A stretch of DNA of 64,000 bases, taken from assembly GCA_045635805.1 (NCBI GenBank), contig JAZTWI010000011.1:3905-67904 (forward strand). The letters run 5' to 3'. The position numbers and the translations under genes are program-made. This DNA comes from Clostridia bacterium (lineage in GTDB: Bacteria > Bacillota > Clostridia > Christensenellales > UBA1242). Each line of letters starts with the position of its first letter. Within the stretch, counting starts at the first letter, position 1. Positions 1-10,214 of this stretch are shown here, one piece after another. The notes under the pieces were generated by a model. That model saw only the letters and a program-made list of their open reading frames with translations. It did no database searches and had not been told where the DNA came from.

Positions 1-1
1 A

Positions 2-421
2 TTCAGAGATAATAGTGTGGTGATTGTTGACGAGTGTCAATTCTGTACTAAAGAACAAGTTGACGAATTAAAAGAAGTATCTATTCATATTCCTGTACTC
101 TGCTATGGTTTGCTTACAAACTTTAAGACCGAACTTTTCGAAGGCTCAAAAAGACTAGTAGAGATTAGCGATAGCCTAATGGAAATCAAGATGGTATGTA
201 CTTGTGGCAAGAAGGCAACAGTCAATGCAAGATTTGTAGACGGCAACCTAGCCATAGATGGCGAAGAAATAGTTGTTGGTGGTAATGAGACTTACAAGGC
301 AATATGTTATCACTGCTACACTACTCTAAAAAGGGAACTCAATAGCCCTATAGACGATGAAGACGAAGATATTTTAGACGAAGAACTAGACGACCTAGAT
401 GGCGACATACAAGGAGTGTAA
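2..421 (+). CDS. tdk: Thymidine kinase, C-terminal part (5' end lies outside the window), with an acidic C-terminal tail
   Basis: The frame is open from nt 2. It contains VIVDECQF (Walker B-like), the zinc-ribbon cysteines CTCGKKAT...CYHCY and the overall TK1 pattern. The tail DDEDEDILDEELDDLDGD is unusual. Confidence 0.85.
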   Translation, partial: FRDNSVVIVDECQFCTKEQVDELKEVSIHIPVLCYGLLTNFKTELFEGSKRLVEISDSLMEIKMVCTCGKKATVNARFVDGNLAIDGEEIVVGGNETYKAICYHCYTTLKRELNSPIDDEDEDILDEELDDLDGDIQGV

Positions 422-423
422 TT

Positions 424-975
424 ATGACTAAAAAATTACTACTGCATAGTTGTTGTGCTCCCTGTACTAGTGGAGTTCTTCCCCAGATAGAAGGCTACGA
501 TATTACACTGCTATTCTATAACCCAAATCTAGACACAATAGAAGAATACAATAAGAGACTAGACGCACTATATGACTACATAGATAAATACTCAAAGGAC
601 TCTAGCACTAAATACAAGGTCATTGCTGTACCATACGAGCATAGCGAATTTGTAGATAAAATAAAAGGTATGGAAGACCTGCCCGAAGGTGGCAAGAGAT
701 GTGAAGTCTGCATAGATATCAGACTTACTTACACAGCCAAGTATGCCAAAGACAATGGCTATGATATCTTTGCTAGTACCTTGTCCGTGAGTCCACACAA
801 AAACCACGAACTTATCAATAACATAGGAGAGAGCCTTGAAAAAGCACTAGGCATAGAGTATATGCCTAGCAATTTTAAGAAAAACAATGGCTTCCTAATG
901 TCTATACAGAATTCTAAAAAATACGGAATATATAGACAGAGATATTGTGGTTGTACACCACCTGTAGACAAATAA
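424..975 (+). CDS. queH: Epoxyqueuosine reductase QueH (DUF208 family)
   Basis: It has LLLHSCCAPC near the N-terminus, a CEVC motif and a C-terminal YRQRYCGC, which are the characteristic QueH cysteine motifs. An AAGGAG RBS lies upstream and the gene is nearly abutted to tdk. Confidence 0.8.
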   Translation: MTKKLLLHSCCAPCTSGVLPQIEGYDITLLFYNPNLDTIEEYNKRLDALYDYIDKYSKDSSTKYKVIAVPYEHSEFVDKIKGMEDLPEGGKRCEVCIDIRLTYTAKYAKDNGYDIFASTLSVSPHKNHELINNIGESLEKALGIEYMPSNFKKNNGFLMSIQNSKKYGIYRQRYCGCTPPVDK

Positions 976-1002
976 AAAACCCCAATAAATGGGGTCTTTT
1001 TT
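974..1002. terminator. Weak bidirectional hairpin between convergent genes
   Basis: A-run, CCCC-aataaat-GGGG, then T-run (aaaaaaccccaataaatggggtctttttt). The stem is short. Confidence 0.45.
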
Positions 1003-1014
1003 ATTGCTCTTAAA

Positions 1015-1509
1015 TTATTTTCTTAATGCAGAATATCCAGCAACTAATCCACCAAGACCAGCACAAATACCACCGATAATAGCACCAATACCAAGTTTAG
1101 CAGTAGTAGTAGCAAGTAAAACTTCTCCTGCTGTCTCAGAAGCAAATACTACAAATGAAGGCATTAAAAACATAAGAACTGCACCAGCAATCATAAGAAG
1201 AGCACCTACTAATTTAGCGATTTTATTATTAACAATGCTTACACATGCACCAATTAAAGGTAGAGCAAATGCAAGAGTTGCAAGGAAGCTAAATTTAAGA
1301 ACTTCAGTTGAGATGCTTATAAGTCCTTCTGTTTTCTCTGTGTAACCAAACATTGTTTGGAAACCTGTAAAGTCGCTAACAACATCACCCTTAGAAGTAA
1401 CATATTTAACTGCTACTAAGAATGCCATACAGAACGCAGCTACACCTAGTAGCAATACTACTACAGATAGTATTAGTCCTGCATTACCTTTACTTTTCTT
1501 CTTCGCCAT
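1015..1509 (-). CDS. Small Gly/Ala-rich polytopic membrane protein, function unknown
   Basis: 164 aa with about 4 hydrophobic segments and a Lys-rich N-terminus (MAKKKSKGN). I recognise no family motif. Confidence 0.6.
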   Translation of the reverse strand: MAKKKSKGNAGLILSVVVLLLGVAAFCMAFLVAVKYVTSKGDVVSDFTGFQTMFGYTEKTEGLISISTEVLKFSFLATLAFALPLIGACVSIVNNKIAKLVGALLMIAGAVLMFLMPSFVVFASETAGEVLLATTTAKLGIGAIIGGICAGLGGLVAGYSALRK

Positions 1510-1703
1510 TTCCCATATCTCCTTTTATAAGTTTCTATATTATATTTTATCTTAAAATTTATATGAGTGTCAAACGAAAAAATTTGACACTTGACCACCA
1601 AATGTTCATATAAAAGGTAATGTTTCTTTCTTTTATCTATTTTTCGGTTATTTATTGATAACGAAACAAAAAAGCAACTCAAGTAAATGAGTTGCCTATT
1701 TTA

Positions 1704-3275
1704 CTATAATGTTTTTCCTGTTGTTTTGTCCTTATATGTAAGAAGTCCAGCAATTCTTAAGATATCCATATCTCTTTCTTCGCTATAAACCCACTCTTTT
1801 AGTGCGTTATATTCTTCCATATTTAAACACTCTAATTTATCAATATCTCTAGGTCCACAATTCTCAGGAAGAAGAACTGTCTCACCACTCTCTGTATAGA
1901 TTCTAATTCCCTTAGGCTCTCTCTTCTTAGGTGGTGTAGATGGGGCTTTACTAGTAGCGTGTGTTACAGCATCTGGAGTCCTACCTGCAACAGCCTGAGC
2001 AGTAGCACCCTTAGCAGGGCCTTTAGTTGGAATAGGTGCAGGTGGTGGAACTAATGCGTCCATAAGGTTTCCCTTACACTCTTCGTTGATTCTGTCGTAT
2101 TTATGAATAATCTGCCATGCACGTTCTTCGCTAACGGTGATTGGTTGGTCGCTCAAATCACCCTTTTGTCTAGCAAGATATAAAGATTGCATTCTCTCAA
2201 AGAAATTTTGGAATTTTAGGCTAGAAATATTTTTACCCTTATGCTCACCTAGAGTATTTCCATTATTGAATGAGTGAGTATCACTACCTGCTGTATATAT
2301 ACAAGAGTGCTCTCTACCATTTTTTCTAACTATGCTTCTAATAAGAGCAGCATATTTACTTTGTGGTGGCTCCATTGCAATTTCGTAACCATCGATATGA
2401 CAGTTTTCTAGTGCTTGGATAAATCTCTCTTGGTACTGAGTTCTCTTCATATTAACGCCTGGGTGAGCCATAATAGCCACACCACCACTAGCGTGTATTG
2501 CGTCAATAACGTCTTCGGCAGATAAGTTCATTCTGGTATAGTTAGGAGCCTTGCTATATAGTGCCATAATACTTCTATTAGATTTAAGTGAGATGCCAGC
2601 GTCTGCCATCGCTTTTCTAATCTCTGGTCCCCTAGTCTCAGGTATTCCCATCTTAGCTAGGGTCTTTGCATCTATATCGTGAATAAAGTTAAAGAATTCT
2701 ACTGTAGCATCTAGTCCAAGAGTTGAGAAACCAGGAGACTCCTTTCTCTTCTCTCTCATAAAGTGCTGAATCATAGCATCTGGAACTAGTTTGTCTAAGC
2801 CTTTCTCTTTTAGAATATAGTCTAGTTTACCTAAGTCTACTAGTCTATCGTTCTCGGCTTTGATTGCCATTAATTGAGAAATAGGGCTATCTGGTGACCA
2901 ATCACAACCGAAAGCCTTGATATGAAGTTTAGTAGAGTTACCCTTTAAGTTCTCGACTTCTGGCACCCTACAAGTAATTTCTACACCCGGAACAATAACT
3001 AAGTTGTCTTTTATAAAGTATGGGGAATCTAGTGGCACACGATTTTCTCTAAGCATCTTTCTCATACCTTCGAGTACATGATGGTCACAGAAGGCTAGTC
3101 CACCTAGACCCTTGCCTCTAGATTCCCACATTAAGTACTCAGGCTCATAGTGTCCATCGAAAGAATGTATTGTATGAACGTGCGCATCAAAAGGAACGTC
3201 TAATTTTAGCAAATCTAATATAGACTTAATCTCTAGCATTAGTTTGTTTTTTCTTCTCTCTTTTTTCTTTGCCAT
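1704..3275 (-). CDS. PHP-domain metal-dependent phosphoesterase with a Pro-rich linker and an uncharacterised C-terminal domain
   Basis: The PHP histidine motifs HVHTIHSFDG, CDHH, MAHPG and GSDTHS are present. The start was moved to the ATG at 3275, which follows GGGGGA by 7 nt. The ORF-track start at 3290 is a TTG. Confidence 0.7.
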   Translation of the reverse strand: MAKKKERRKNKLMLEIKSILDLLKLDVPFDAHVHTIHSFDGHYEPEYLMWESRGKGLGGLAFCDHHVLEGMRKMLRENRVPLDSPYFIKDNLVIVPGVEITCRVPEVENLKGNSTKLHIKAFGCDWSPDSPISQLMAIKAENDRLVDLGKLDYILKEKGLDKLVPDAMIQHFMREKRKESPGFSTLGLDATVEFFNFIHDIDAKTLAKMGIPETRGPEIRKAMADAGISLKSNRSIMALYSKAPNYTRMNLSAEDVIDAIHASGGVAIMAHPGVNMKRTQYQERFIQALENCHIDGYEIAMEPPQSKYAALIRSIVRKNGREHSCIYTAGSDTHSFNNGNTLGEHKGKNISSLKFQNFFERMQSLYLARQKGDLSDQPITVSEERAWQIIHKYDRINEECKGNLMDALVPPPAPIPTKGPAKGATAQAVAGRTPDAVTHATSKAPSTPPKKREPKGIRIYTESGETVLLPENCGPRDIDKLECLNMEEYNALKEWVYSEERDMDILRIAGLLTYKDKTTGKTL

Positions 3276-3373
3276 AGTTTTGTCCCCCAATATTCTTATT
3301 TCCCATATAAATTATATTATATTATCATCTAAGCACTCCTTTTTCAAGGGGTAAATTGAAAATAAAACAAATT

Positions 3374-4048
3374 TTATATGTCTTGTAATAGATAAGCAAC
3401 GATTTCTTTTTGCATAGCGCTTAGTCTAGGATTTAACATAAGTGATTTTAGTTCCTTGATGCCCTGAATCTTCTGCATACTAGAACCATCACTACATATA
3501 CCTGCGTGTAAGATTGCTGCGTCGTAATCGTTTGGATTTTTAGTAATATAGTCTTTTAGAACCTTTAGACCCTTAGCGTATAATTCTTCTGCAAAAGACT
3601 CAAACTTCACATACTGCATATCGTCCTGAAGTTTGCCACCTTCTACAGGGTCAAAGATGTACTCAGACCAATACATAAGTTCTGCATATACAAGGTCGGC
3701 TGCTTGGAATAAGCATTGTGCTCTCTTTAGTTCGTCATTGATACTCTCATAGTAGATTTCTGCTAGTAGATAGTCTTCGATTTTATTAGGTCTAGCTTCT
3801 GCTAAATCTTCTAGTATATCTTTACCAGGTGCTGAGTATCTCTTTGATTTAACTATGTCTTTATTTTGTGTCTCTGTTATGTCTATACTAGCATAACCAC
3901 ACTTAGGACATTTCTCAACAAAGAAATGCCACAAATCAAAGTAGCCCTTAGCCCCCTTATTTTTAGGAGAAATATATAAATTAGTTCTTAGTTCGTTATC
4001 AAAAGTGAATTGATATCCACAAATTGAACATTTTTTGGTTACCATCAT
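3374..4048 (-). CDS. Zinc-ribbon plus helical-repeat protein (DUF2225-like, tentative)
   Basis: CSICGY...CPKCGY forms a 4-Cys ribbon, followed by an alpha-helical TPR-like region. The start was chosen at the ATG at 4048, after AAAGGTGG. Confidence 0.5.
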   Translation of the reverse strand: MMVTKKCSICGYQFTFDNELRTNLYISPKNKGAKGYFDLWHFFVEKCPKCGYASIDITETQNKDIVKSKRYSAPGKDILEDLAEARPNKIEDYLLAEIYYESINDELKRAQCLFQAADLVYAELMYWSEYIFDPVEGGKLQDDMQYVKFESFAEELYAKGLKVLKDYITKNPNDYDAAILHAGICSDGSSMQKIQGIKELKSLMLNPRLSAMQKEIVAYLLQDI

Positions 4049-4133
4049 AGTCTTTACCACCTTTCATTTATATTTTTATTTTAACAAATAATCCCAGCAA
4101 TTACAATATAATTTCCTAAAATTATATATGTAA

Positions 4134-4163
4134 AAATAAAAAAGGCACTGCTACACAGTGCCC
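4134..4163 (-). terminator. Intrinsic terminator downstream of ktrA
   Basis: GGCACTG-ctaca-CAGTGCC hairpin followed by a T-run on the minus strand. Confidence 0.7.
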
Positions 4164-4278
4164 ACATATATAGAAAACAACTCATTTTTTTTAAGTTGGT
4201 TAAGTAGAAATGGGAAAAGACCACCTGTTTCTATCCCCACTTCATACTATTCTATTTAAGATTATTTTGTGACTTTCT

Positions 4279-5022
4279 TTAGAAACTCATTTTTGAGAAG
4301 GCTTTTGATAGGGTCTCTCTAATATCTACATCAACAGAGTGAGAGAATATAGATGCTACCTTGCTAGTGTCTCCTGCAGCAATTAAGATATCTCCTGCAA
4401 GAAGTACAGTGTCTGCCATAGGATATATAACTTCGTTACCCCTTTTGATAAAGACAATAGATACTTTATGTTTCTTATTAGCACTAATCTCTTCAATAGT
4501 CTTTAGCACCCAAGACTCAGGTACAGGTGCTTCAAAGATTTTGAATTCGTCTGTAAGTTCGGCTATCTCATTAATGCCTGACTTAGATAATGCATTACCA
4601 AGTCTAGCACCAACTAGTTCTTCTGGGTAGATAATTAGGTCTGCACCGATACTAGTCAGAATTTTAGCGTGTTGAGCATTGGTTGCCTTAGATATGATAT
4701 ATTTTACACCCAAGTCCTTGCATATCTGAGTAACTAAGATAGAAGACTCTAAGTCATCACCAATACATACTATAGCGCAGTCAAAGTTTTGTGTTCCTAG
4801 AGAAAATAACACATCGTTATTAGTAGCATCTCCAACAACTGCTGTAGACACCTTATTCTCTACTGCTTTTACGTTATCTGCGTCGCTATCTATACCTAAA
4901 ACTTCCTTTCCCCTAGCGTATAGAGTGGTGGCAACTGCTCTACCAAATCTTCCTAGTCCGATTACAATAAAGTCGCTAAGCTCGGATATTTTTTCTTCGT
5001 TTATTTCCACTGTTTTACTCAT
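4279..5022 (-). CDS. ktrA: K+ uptake regulatory subunit KtrA/TrkA (RCK_N plus RCK_C)
   Basis: Rossmann motif IVIGLGRFGRAVA...GIDSD and a C-terminal TrkA-C-like domain. An AGGAGA RBS is present. The gene lies directly downstream of the ktrB-like gene. Confidence 0.85.
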   Translation of the reverse strand: MSKTVEINEEKISELSDFIVIGLGRFGRAVATTLYARGKEVLGIDSDADNVKAVENKVSTAVVGDATNNDVLFSLGTQNFDCAIVCIGDDLESSILVTQICKDLGVKYIISKATNAQHAKILTSIGADLIIYPEELVGARLGNALSKSGINEIAELTDEFKIFEAPVPESWVLKTIEEISANKKHKVSIVFIKRGNEVIYPMADTVLLAGDILIAAGDTSKVASIFSHSVDVDIRETLSKAFSKMSF

Positions 5023-5049
5023 TGTTTTCTCCTAAATTGTTAAATAAAA

Positions 5050-6399
5050 TTAGCCTACGATAATGTCTGTATTTTGATACTCAATCTCGTGTGTTGTAGA
5101 AGATGCCGATACTGCTAGGCCTATGGTTAATAGTCCTACTCTACCCACAAACATTAGCATACACAAAATCAATCGACTACCAATAGACAATACAGGTGTT
5201 ATACCCATAGTTAGTCCAACTGTACCTATAGCCGATACACACTCAAATAATATAGCATTGATACCGATGCCACTATCTATTATAGACACTACAATAACTG
5301 CTATGATTAGTGCTAATAATTGTGCCATAAATATCTTGATTGCTTTTCTAATTATTCTACCACTAATCCTTCTCTGACCCAAGACTATGTCACCCTTTTC
5401 ATTTGCTCTGGTAAATAAAAAAATCAAAATAATCATTAGTGTTGTTGTCTTTAGTCCACCTGCAGTAGAGTTTGGACTACCACCTATAAACATAAACATT
5501 ATAGATATAATTTGACCACCCGTTGTAAGTCCTGCCTGGTCAATAGTTGCAAAACCTGCTGTCCTTAGAGTTGTTGACTGAAAAAATGCATTAAATATCT
5601 TCTCTATAGTAGTCATACCACCTAGTGTTGCTGGGTTGCTCCACTCTAGTACTAAGAATGCTATAGTTCCACCAAGCAATAATGTTACGGTCATTATAAT
5701 TACAGCCTTGATATGTTGTTTACCCTTACAAGACTTAAATGCATTGAATAATACCACAAAGCCTATACCACCTAGGATAATAAGCATTGCTAAAGGTAAT
5801 AGAAGTAATATATTACTAGCAAATGGTGTAAGACTAGCAAATTCTCCTGCTGTCATACCTAACACATCAAAACCAGCATTACAAAATGCCGATATAGACA
5901 TAAATATAGCAGCAAATATTCCATAACCAACCGAGCCTGTAATATTAATCGTGCTATACATTAGAAGTAAAGCTCCTACACCTTCGATAGATAGTGTTAT
6001 AATCAAAATCTTCTTAAGAGCAGACACCACCCCTTCTATAGTGTCTTTATTTAAACTCTCCTGCAATGTTAGTCTACTAGATAGATTAATTTTCTTACCC
6101 ATAACTAGAGCGATAAGTGTAGTTATTGCAACTATTCCTAGTCCACCTATTTGGATAAGTAACATTATAACTATTTGTCCAAACAAACTGAAATTAATAG
6201 CAGTGTCTACCACTATTAAACCTGTTACACACACAGCGCTAGTACTAGTGAATAGTGCATCTACATAGTTTAACCACTGACCATCTCTATTAGACCAAGG
6301 TAAACATAGAAGCAGACTACCTATTAGTATAACACCAAGGAAACCTATTAAAATTTTTAAACTAGGTGATACGTTCCACCTTTTCTTTGTCTTTTCCAT
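5050..6399 (-). CDS. ktrB: K+ transporter membrane subunit KtrB/TrkH family
   Basis: 449-aa polytopic protein with repeated selectivity-filter-like segments (TSAVCVTGL, CNAGFD, RTAGFAT, VGLTMG), typical of TrkH/KtrB. Confidence 0.85.
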   Translation of the reverse strand: MEKTKKRWNVSPSLKILIGFLGVILIGSLLLCLPWSNRDGQWLNYVDALFTSTSAVCVTGLIVVDTAINFSLFGQIVIMLLIQIGGLGIVAITTLIALVMGKKINLSSRLTLQESLNKDTIEGVVSALKKILIITLSIEGVGALLLMYSTINITGSVGYGIFAAIFMSISAFCNAGFDVLGMTAGEFASLTPFASNILLLLPLAMLIILGGIGFVVLFNAFKSCKGKQHIKAVIIMTVTLLLGGTIAFLVLEWSNPATLGGMTTIEKIFNAFFQSTTLRTAGFATIDQAGLTTGGQIISIMFMFIGGSPNSTAGGLKTTTLMIILIFLFTRANEKGDIVLGQRRISGRIIRKAIKIFMAQLLALIIAVIVVSIIDSGIGINAILFECVSAIGTVGLTMGITPVLSIGSRLILCMLMFVGRVGLLTIGLAVSASSTTHEIEYQNTDIIVG

Positions 6400-6462
6400 A
6401 CCTTATATTTTAGCACAGAAGTCTAATTTAAGCAAATATATAGCCAAATATTACTATAATAT

Positions 6463-6498
6463 AAAAAGGCACTGTGTTTTACACACAATGCCTAATTT
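6463..6498. terminator. Bidirectional hairpin terminator
   Basis: GGCACTGTGT-tttac-ACACAATGCC with one mismatch, flanked by an A-run and a T-run. Confidence 0.6.
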
Positions 6499-8085
6499 TT
6501 AGTGAAATCTAGAGTATTTAGCCCTAATCTTTGCAATGTTTCTAACTTCTACCACTCTTTCTAGACTCTTAATCTTGATAACTTTTCTCTTCTCTGTCAT
6601 TACTATATCTAGTGGGACATTTTTCTCTCTCACTTTCATCTCGATAGGCTCTTCACTCTCTTGCAAACCTTCTTTCTTGATTTCTTTTAGAGTTTGTTTG
6701 ATTTCGTCACCCACTACTTCTGCTACTTCCCACTCATCTTCGTAGTCTAGCATTGTCTTCTCTTCTTCTATATGTTCTTCTATCCTTAAAAGCCATTTTT
6801 TCTCTTTGATAATTTTACCATACGACAAGATTTTGATTACCGATTCTAATGCAATCAAGCCAAATACAATATACATACTATAAGGAATTATTCTAGACAA
6901 GAGATACAGCAAGATATAGTATACAGCCACACCCGACTCCCATACTAGCCCGTGCTCTGCATATCTTTCGCTCTGACCTATAATATATGTACACATTGTC
7001 CAAGCAACCCATCTAATAAGCGATAGAACTAGGTATAAAAGCATTGGTATAAATGATGTTGCCTGAAGTTCTGGGTTAAGACCCAATCTAACAGGATAAT
7101 AAAGAAGCAAACTAATAATAGCATAACCCAGCCAAATCACAAAGACTCCCCATCTGCAATATATTGCCTGATGATATGCTTCTCTTCTGTCTTTTTCTCC
7201 AATGCTTCTACATATCTTAATCGCAACAACATTGACATAGGCAAAGAATACACCGTTAAGAATATCTAGCACGTTCTCAAAATAGCAGTATTGGTTATAT
7301 AGTATTGTATTACTCTTTAGTATAAATAGTGATAGGAATATATAACCTATCTCAAAGACAATCTCACTACCGGCTCTGGCGATAATTGTTTTAAATTCAC
7401 TTTTGCCTAATTTAATATGCTCGGGTTTAAGAATATTGATAGAGTATTTTTTATTTTTAAGTAGGGCTAAATATGCAAATACTACCGACACTACACCTGC
7501 TGCAATATATACTATAGATATGAGTCTAAGCATAAGAACTGATGCTACAACTAGTATTAAGAAACCTAGAATTGTAAGGAACGACTTGATAGCAGTAATA
7601 ATCATCTGCCAACCAAATAATCCTAATTTTTTGAGTATATCTGCTATATATTGTGCGATAGCAGATATAAAGAACGATATGAGCATTAGATAATAAAAAA
7701 GTAAATCCACTTCAAAATCTAGTGCCAGCCACGACTTAAGCACGAAGGTTGGAAACGCACAAAGAATAAGTGTAAATACTAGATTTACAACGAGTGAAAA
7801 AGCAAACCCAATTTTAATATATTTTCTATATTTCTCTGGGTCTGCAATATTAAGATTGGCAAACATTCCAAAGCCTTCACTACAGCCAAAACTAATCATC
7901 TCACCAATGTAACTTAGGGTGAGAATAGCATTGAAATATGTTAGTTCGTTTAGTTTCAGTCTATTGGCAATGATTCCACTGACAATTAAATAAATACCCA
8001 CTACTAGGTATTTAATAATTAGCCATTTAGATTCTTTGAAATTGGCAATAAATTCTTTCCAGAATTTCTTTTTGAGTAATATCAT
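6499..8085 (-). CDS. Polytopic membrane protein, MATE/MOP-like (tentative), with a charged C-terminal cytoplasmic extension
   Basis: About 12 or more hydrophobic helices followed by a roughly 110-aa Glu/Lys-rich tail. The family assignment rests only on topology and loose pattern resemblance. Confidence 0.45.
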   Translation of the reverse strand: MILLKKKFWKEFIANFKESKWLIIKYLVVGIYLIVSGIIANRLKLNELTYFNAILTLSYIGEMISFGCSEGFGMFANLNIADPEKYRKYIKIGFAFSLVVNLVFTLILCAFPTFVLKSWLALDFEVDLLFYYLMLISFFISAIAQYIADILKKLGLFGWQMIITAIKSFLTILGFLILVVASVLMLRLISIVYIAAGVVSVVFAYLALLKNKKYSINILKPEHIKLGKSEFKTIIARAGSEIVFEIGYIFLSLFILKSNTILYNQYCYFENVLDILNGVFFAYVNVVAIKICRSIGEKDRREAYHQAIYCRWGVFVIWLGYAIISLLLYYPVRLGLNPELQATSFIPMLLYLVLSLIRWVAWTMCTYIIGQSERYAEHGLVWESGVAVYYILLYLLSRIIPYSMYIVFGLIALESVIKILSYGKIIKEKKWLLRIEEHIEEEKTMLDYEDEWEVAEVVGDEIKQTLKEIKKEGLQESEEPIEMKVREKNVPLDIVMTEKRKVIKIKSLERVVEVRNIAKIRAKYSRFH

Positions 8086-8090
8086 ACTAC

Positions 8091-8402
8091 CTACTTTCTA
8101 TTATTTGCATAGTCTTCGGCAACTTTTAGAAGTACATCAAAGTCGTCATCATCGGCTGACTTATTTCTTTTTATTTCTCCACACTTAGTGCATTTGTAAG
8201 ATATAATATAACCCTTCTTAGAACTAGGCTCTACCATAAAGGGTTTCATAAGACCCAGACAAGTATTCGCCCTATCCCCTGGAACTATATCTATATGAAT
8301 AGAGTGTAGACAGTACGGGCAATGATTTCTACTAGTGTACTTTAGTGGAGATACTTCCTTACCACAATTTTGACATACAAAGGCATTATCGTTTTTTATC
8401 AT
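8091..8402 (-). CDS. RNHCP-domain zinc-ribbon protein
   Basis: CQNCGK...SRNHCPYCLHSIH...CTKCG contains the literal RNHCP signature. It overlaps the radC stop by 17 nt. Confidence 0.75.
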   Translation of the reverse strand: MIKNDNAFVCQNCGKEVSPLKYTSRNHCPYCLHSIHIDIVPGDRANTCLGLMKPFMVEPSSKKGYIISYKCTKCGEIKRNKSADDDDFDVLLKVAEDYANNRK

Positions 8403-9156
8403 ATTTCACCTCGTACACAGCTTCTGGTTGAGCAACCGATTTACCTTCTAGTAAGTATGCTATCTCTTCCTTGTATTTATCTATCAGCCCAGACTCTCTA
8501 TAAGAATAAAATTTATTACCTGAGATAATCATATGGTCAATTAAGTGACAGCCATTGATACTAAGAGTAGTTACCAAGGCTTTAGTGAATTTATCGTCTT
8601 CTTTAGATGGCTTAGCATTACCATCAGGGTGATTATGAGCAATCACGATATTAGCAACCTTTAGTCTAGACATTAGGTCGGTTATGTCTCTAATAGTAAC
8701 CTTGGCTTCGGTAGCATTGCCTTCGGCTATTCTCTGCACCTTGGTAATCTTAGATTGTGGAGTAAGTGCTACCATATATAATTCTTCGGCAATCTTACCC
8801 TTAAAGAGTTTCTTGAAATAATTAAATGTGTGTTGTGGACTAGCAATTCTGGTCTTGGTTGCTAGTTTGCTCTTCTCATAGCAATTATAGATTTTTACAA
8901 AGTCAGATAGGAAGGTCGCCGATACTTCGCCCATACCCTTAACCTTCATAATCTCACCAGCATCTGCTTCCATAACTCCAGCAAGTGAACCAAATTGTGC
9001 AATCAAATCGTGTGCGAGAGCATTGGTATCCTTATATGGTATAACAAAAGAAAGTACGTATTCTAGTACTTGGTGTTCGTGAAAATTCTCTAGCCCTTCA
9101 TTAAATACTCTTTCTCTGAGTCTAGCTCTATGTCCGTGATGATTATGCTCTGCCAT
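8386..9156 (-). CDS. radC: RadC-family JAB/MPN domain protein
   Basis: N-terminal HhH-like region (MKVKGMGEVSA) and the JAMM motif IAHNHPDGNAKPSKED. Confidence 0.85.
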   Translation of the reverse strand: MAEHNHHGHRARLRERVFNEGLENFHEHQVLEYVLSFVIPYKDTNALAHDLIAQFGSLAGVMEADAGEIMKVKGMGEVSATFLSDFVKIYNCYEKSKLATKTRIASPQHTFNYFKKLFKGKIAEELYMVALTPQSKITKVQRIAEGNATEAKVTIRDITDLMSRLKVANIVIAHNHPDGNAKPSKEDDKFTKALVTTLSINGCHLIDHMIISGNKFYSYRESGLIDKYKEEIAYLLEGKSVAQPEAVYEVKYDKKR

Positions 9157-9302
9157 CTGCCCACCTTTTTACATAGACTAGAATACACTATATCTCTTTT
9201 TTTTGCAAGTAAAGTTATTTTGTTTGTTTGACCGGTCTTAAGTTTTAGACTATACTTTTAGTATAGTTAAAAAATATTCAACCGAAACTCAGGGGGTATA
9301 TT

Positions 9303-10160
9303 ATGTCATTTAGAATTACTTGTGAGAGTAGTGCAGACTTAACTGCAGAATTATATAAAAAGCACGATATCGCTGTAATGCCTTTCACTATTACAATGGG
9401 CGAGAAACAATATAAAGACTTCGATATCAATAACGAAGAATTATTTAAACTAGTTCAAGAGAACGGAACTCTACCTAAGACTTCAGCTTTTAATGAGTTT
9501 GATTACGAAGAATTCTTCAAGAAGGAAACTAAGGACGAAGGTATTATTCACTTCTGTATCAGTAGCAAGGTTTCTTCTACTATCAATAGCGCTAGAGCAG
9601 CTGCTGAGAAAATGAAAAACGTATATGTAATAGATAGTATGTCATTGTCTACAGGTACAGGTATACAATTACTATATGCTGCAAAACTTAGAGATGCAGG
9701 TGTGCCTATTGCAGAAGCAGTAGAATTAATCAATGAAAGAAAGTCTAATGTGCAGATTAGTTTTGTCGTAGACACTCTTAAATACCTACACAAAGGTGGC
9801 AGATGCTCAGCACTTGCACTTCTTGGCTCTAACTTACTTGGCATCAAACCAAGCATTGTACTAAAAGATGGTAAAATGCAAGTAGGTAAAAAGTATGTAG
9901 GTAAAATCCATAAAACTCTAGAGAAATACATTCCAGACACGCTAGCCGAGTATAATAACCCAGACCCAGAGATATGTTTCATCACATATAGTTCTGCTAC
10001 CGAAGAAATGCTAAAGACTACTAAAGAAGTCCTAGCAAACAACTTTAAATTTAAGAATATCGTTGAAACCACTGCTGGTTGTACTGTTGCTACCCACTGT
10101 GGGCCTAATACACTAGGTATCATCTACTATAATGACCGAGGCAAGGTTAACAAAAAATAA
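9303..10160 (+). CDS. DegV-family fatty-acid-binding protein
   Basis: 285 aa with the typical DegV pattern (CESSADL, TSAFN, VIDSMSLSTG, LKYLHKGGR). Confidence 0.8.
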   Translation: MSFRITCESSADLTAELYKKHDIAVMPFTITMGEKQYKDFDINNEELFKLVQENGTLPKTSAFNEFDYEEFFKKETKDEGIIHFCISSKVSSTINSARAAAEKMKNVYVIDSMSLSTGTGIQLLYAAKLRDAGVPIAEAVELINERKSNVQISFVVDTLKYLHKGGRCSALALLGSNLLGIKPSIVLKDGKMQVGKKYVGKIHKTLEKYIPDTLAEYNNPDPEICFITYSSATEEMLKTTKEVLANNFKFKNIVETTAGCTVATHCGPNTLGIIYYNDRGKVNKK

Positions 10161-10175
10161 TTAAAAACATAAAAC

Positions 10176-10207
10176 AAAAAACTCTATCATTTCTGGTAGA
10201 GTTTTTA
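10176..10207. terminator. Bidirectional terminator ending both degV and the fibre locus
   Basis: aaaaaACTCTATCAtttcTGGTAGAGTttttt. Confidence 0.65.
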
Positions 10208-10214
10208 TTTATCG

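Noticed and set aside
989-1345. A plus-strand 118-aa ORF. Many similar antisense ORFs occur, for example at 592-807, 4361-4630, 5123-6268, 9548-10123, 13186-13862, 18979-27412, 33591-34183, 38197-38745 and 44332-44706.
   Set aside because: Each is embedded antisense or out of frame inside a longer ORF with recognisable family motifs or clear membrane/secretion signals. They have no independent RBS or promoter evidence.
1704-4048. The PHP phosphoesterase plus the zinc-ribbon/TPR protein as a two-gene system.
   Set aside because: An 83-nt gap carries a plausible TATAAT promoter for the PHP gene, and no functional link is known to me. The evidence is insufficient to call it a system.
4279-6498. 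A c-di-AMP (ydaO/kimA-type) riboswitch upstream of ktrB-ktrA.
   Set aside because: The upstream intergenic region is only about 100 nt, and a terminator hairpin of the preceding gene occupies most of it. That leaves too little room for that riboswitch.
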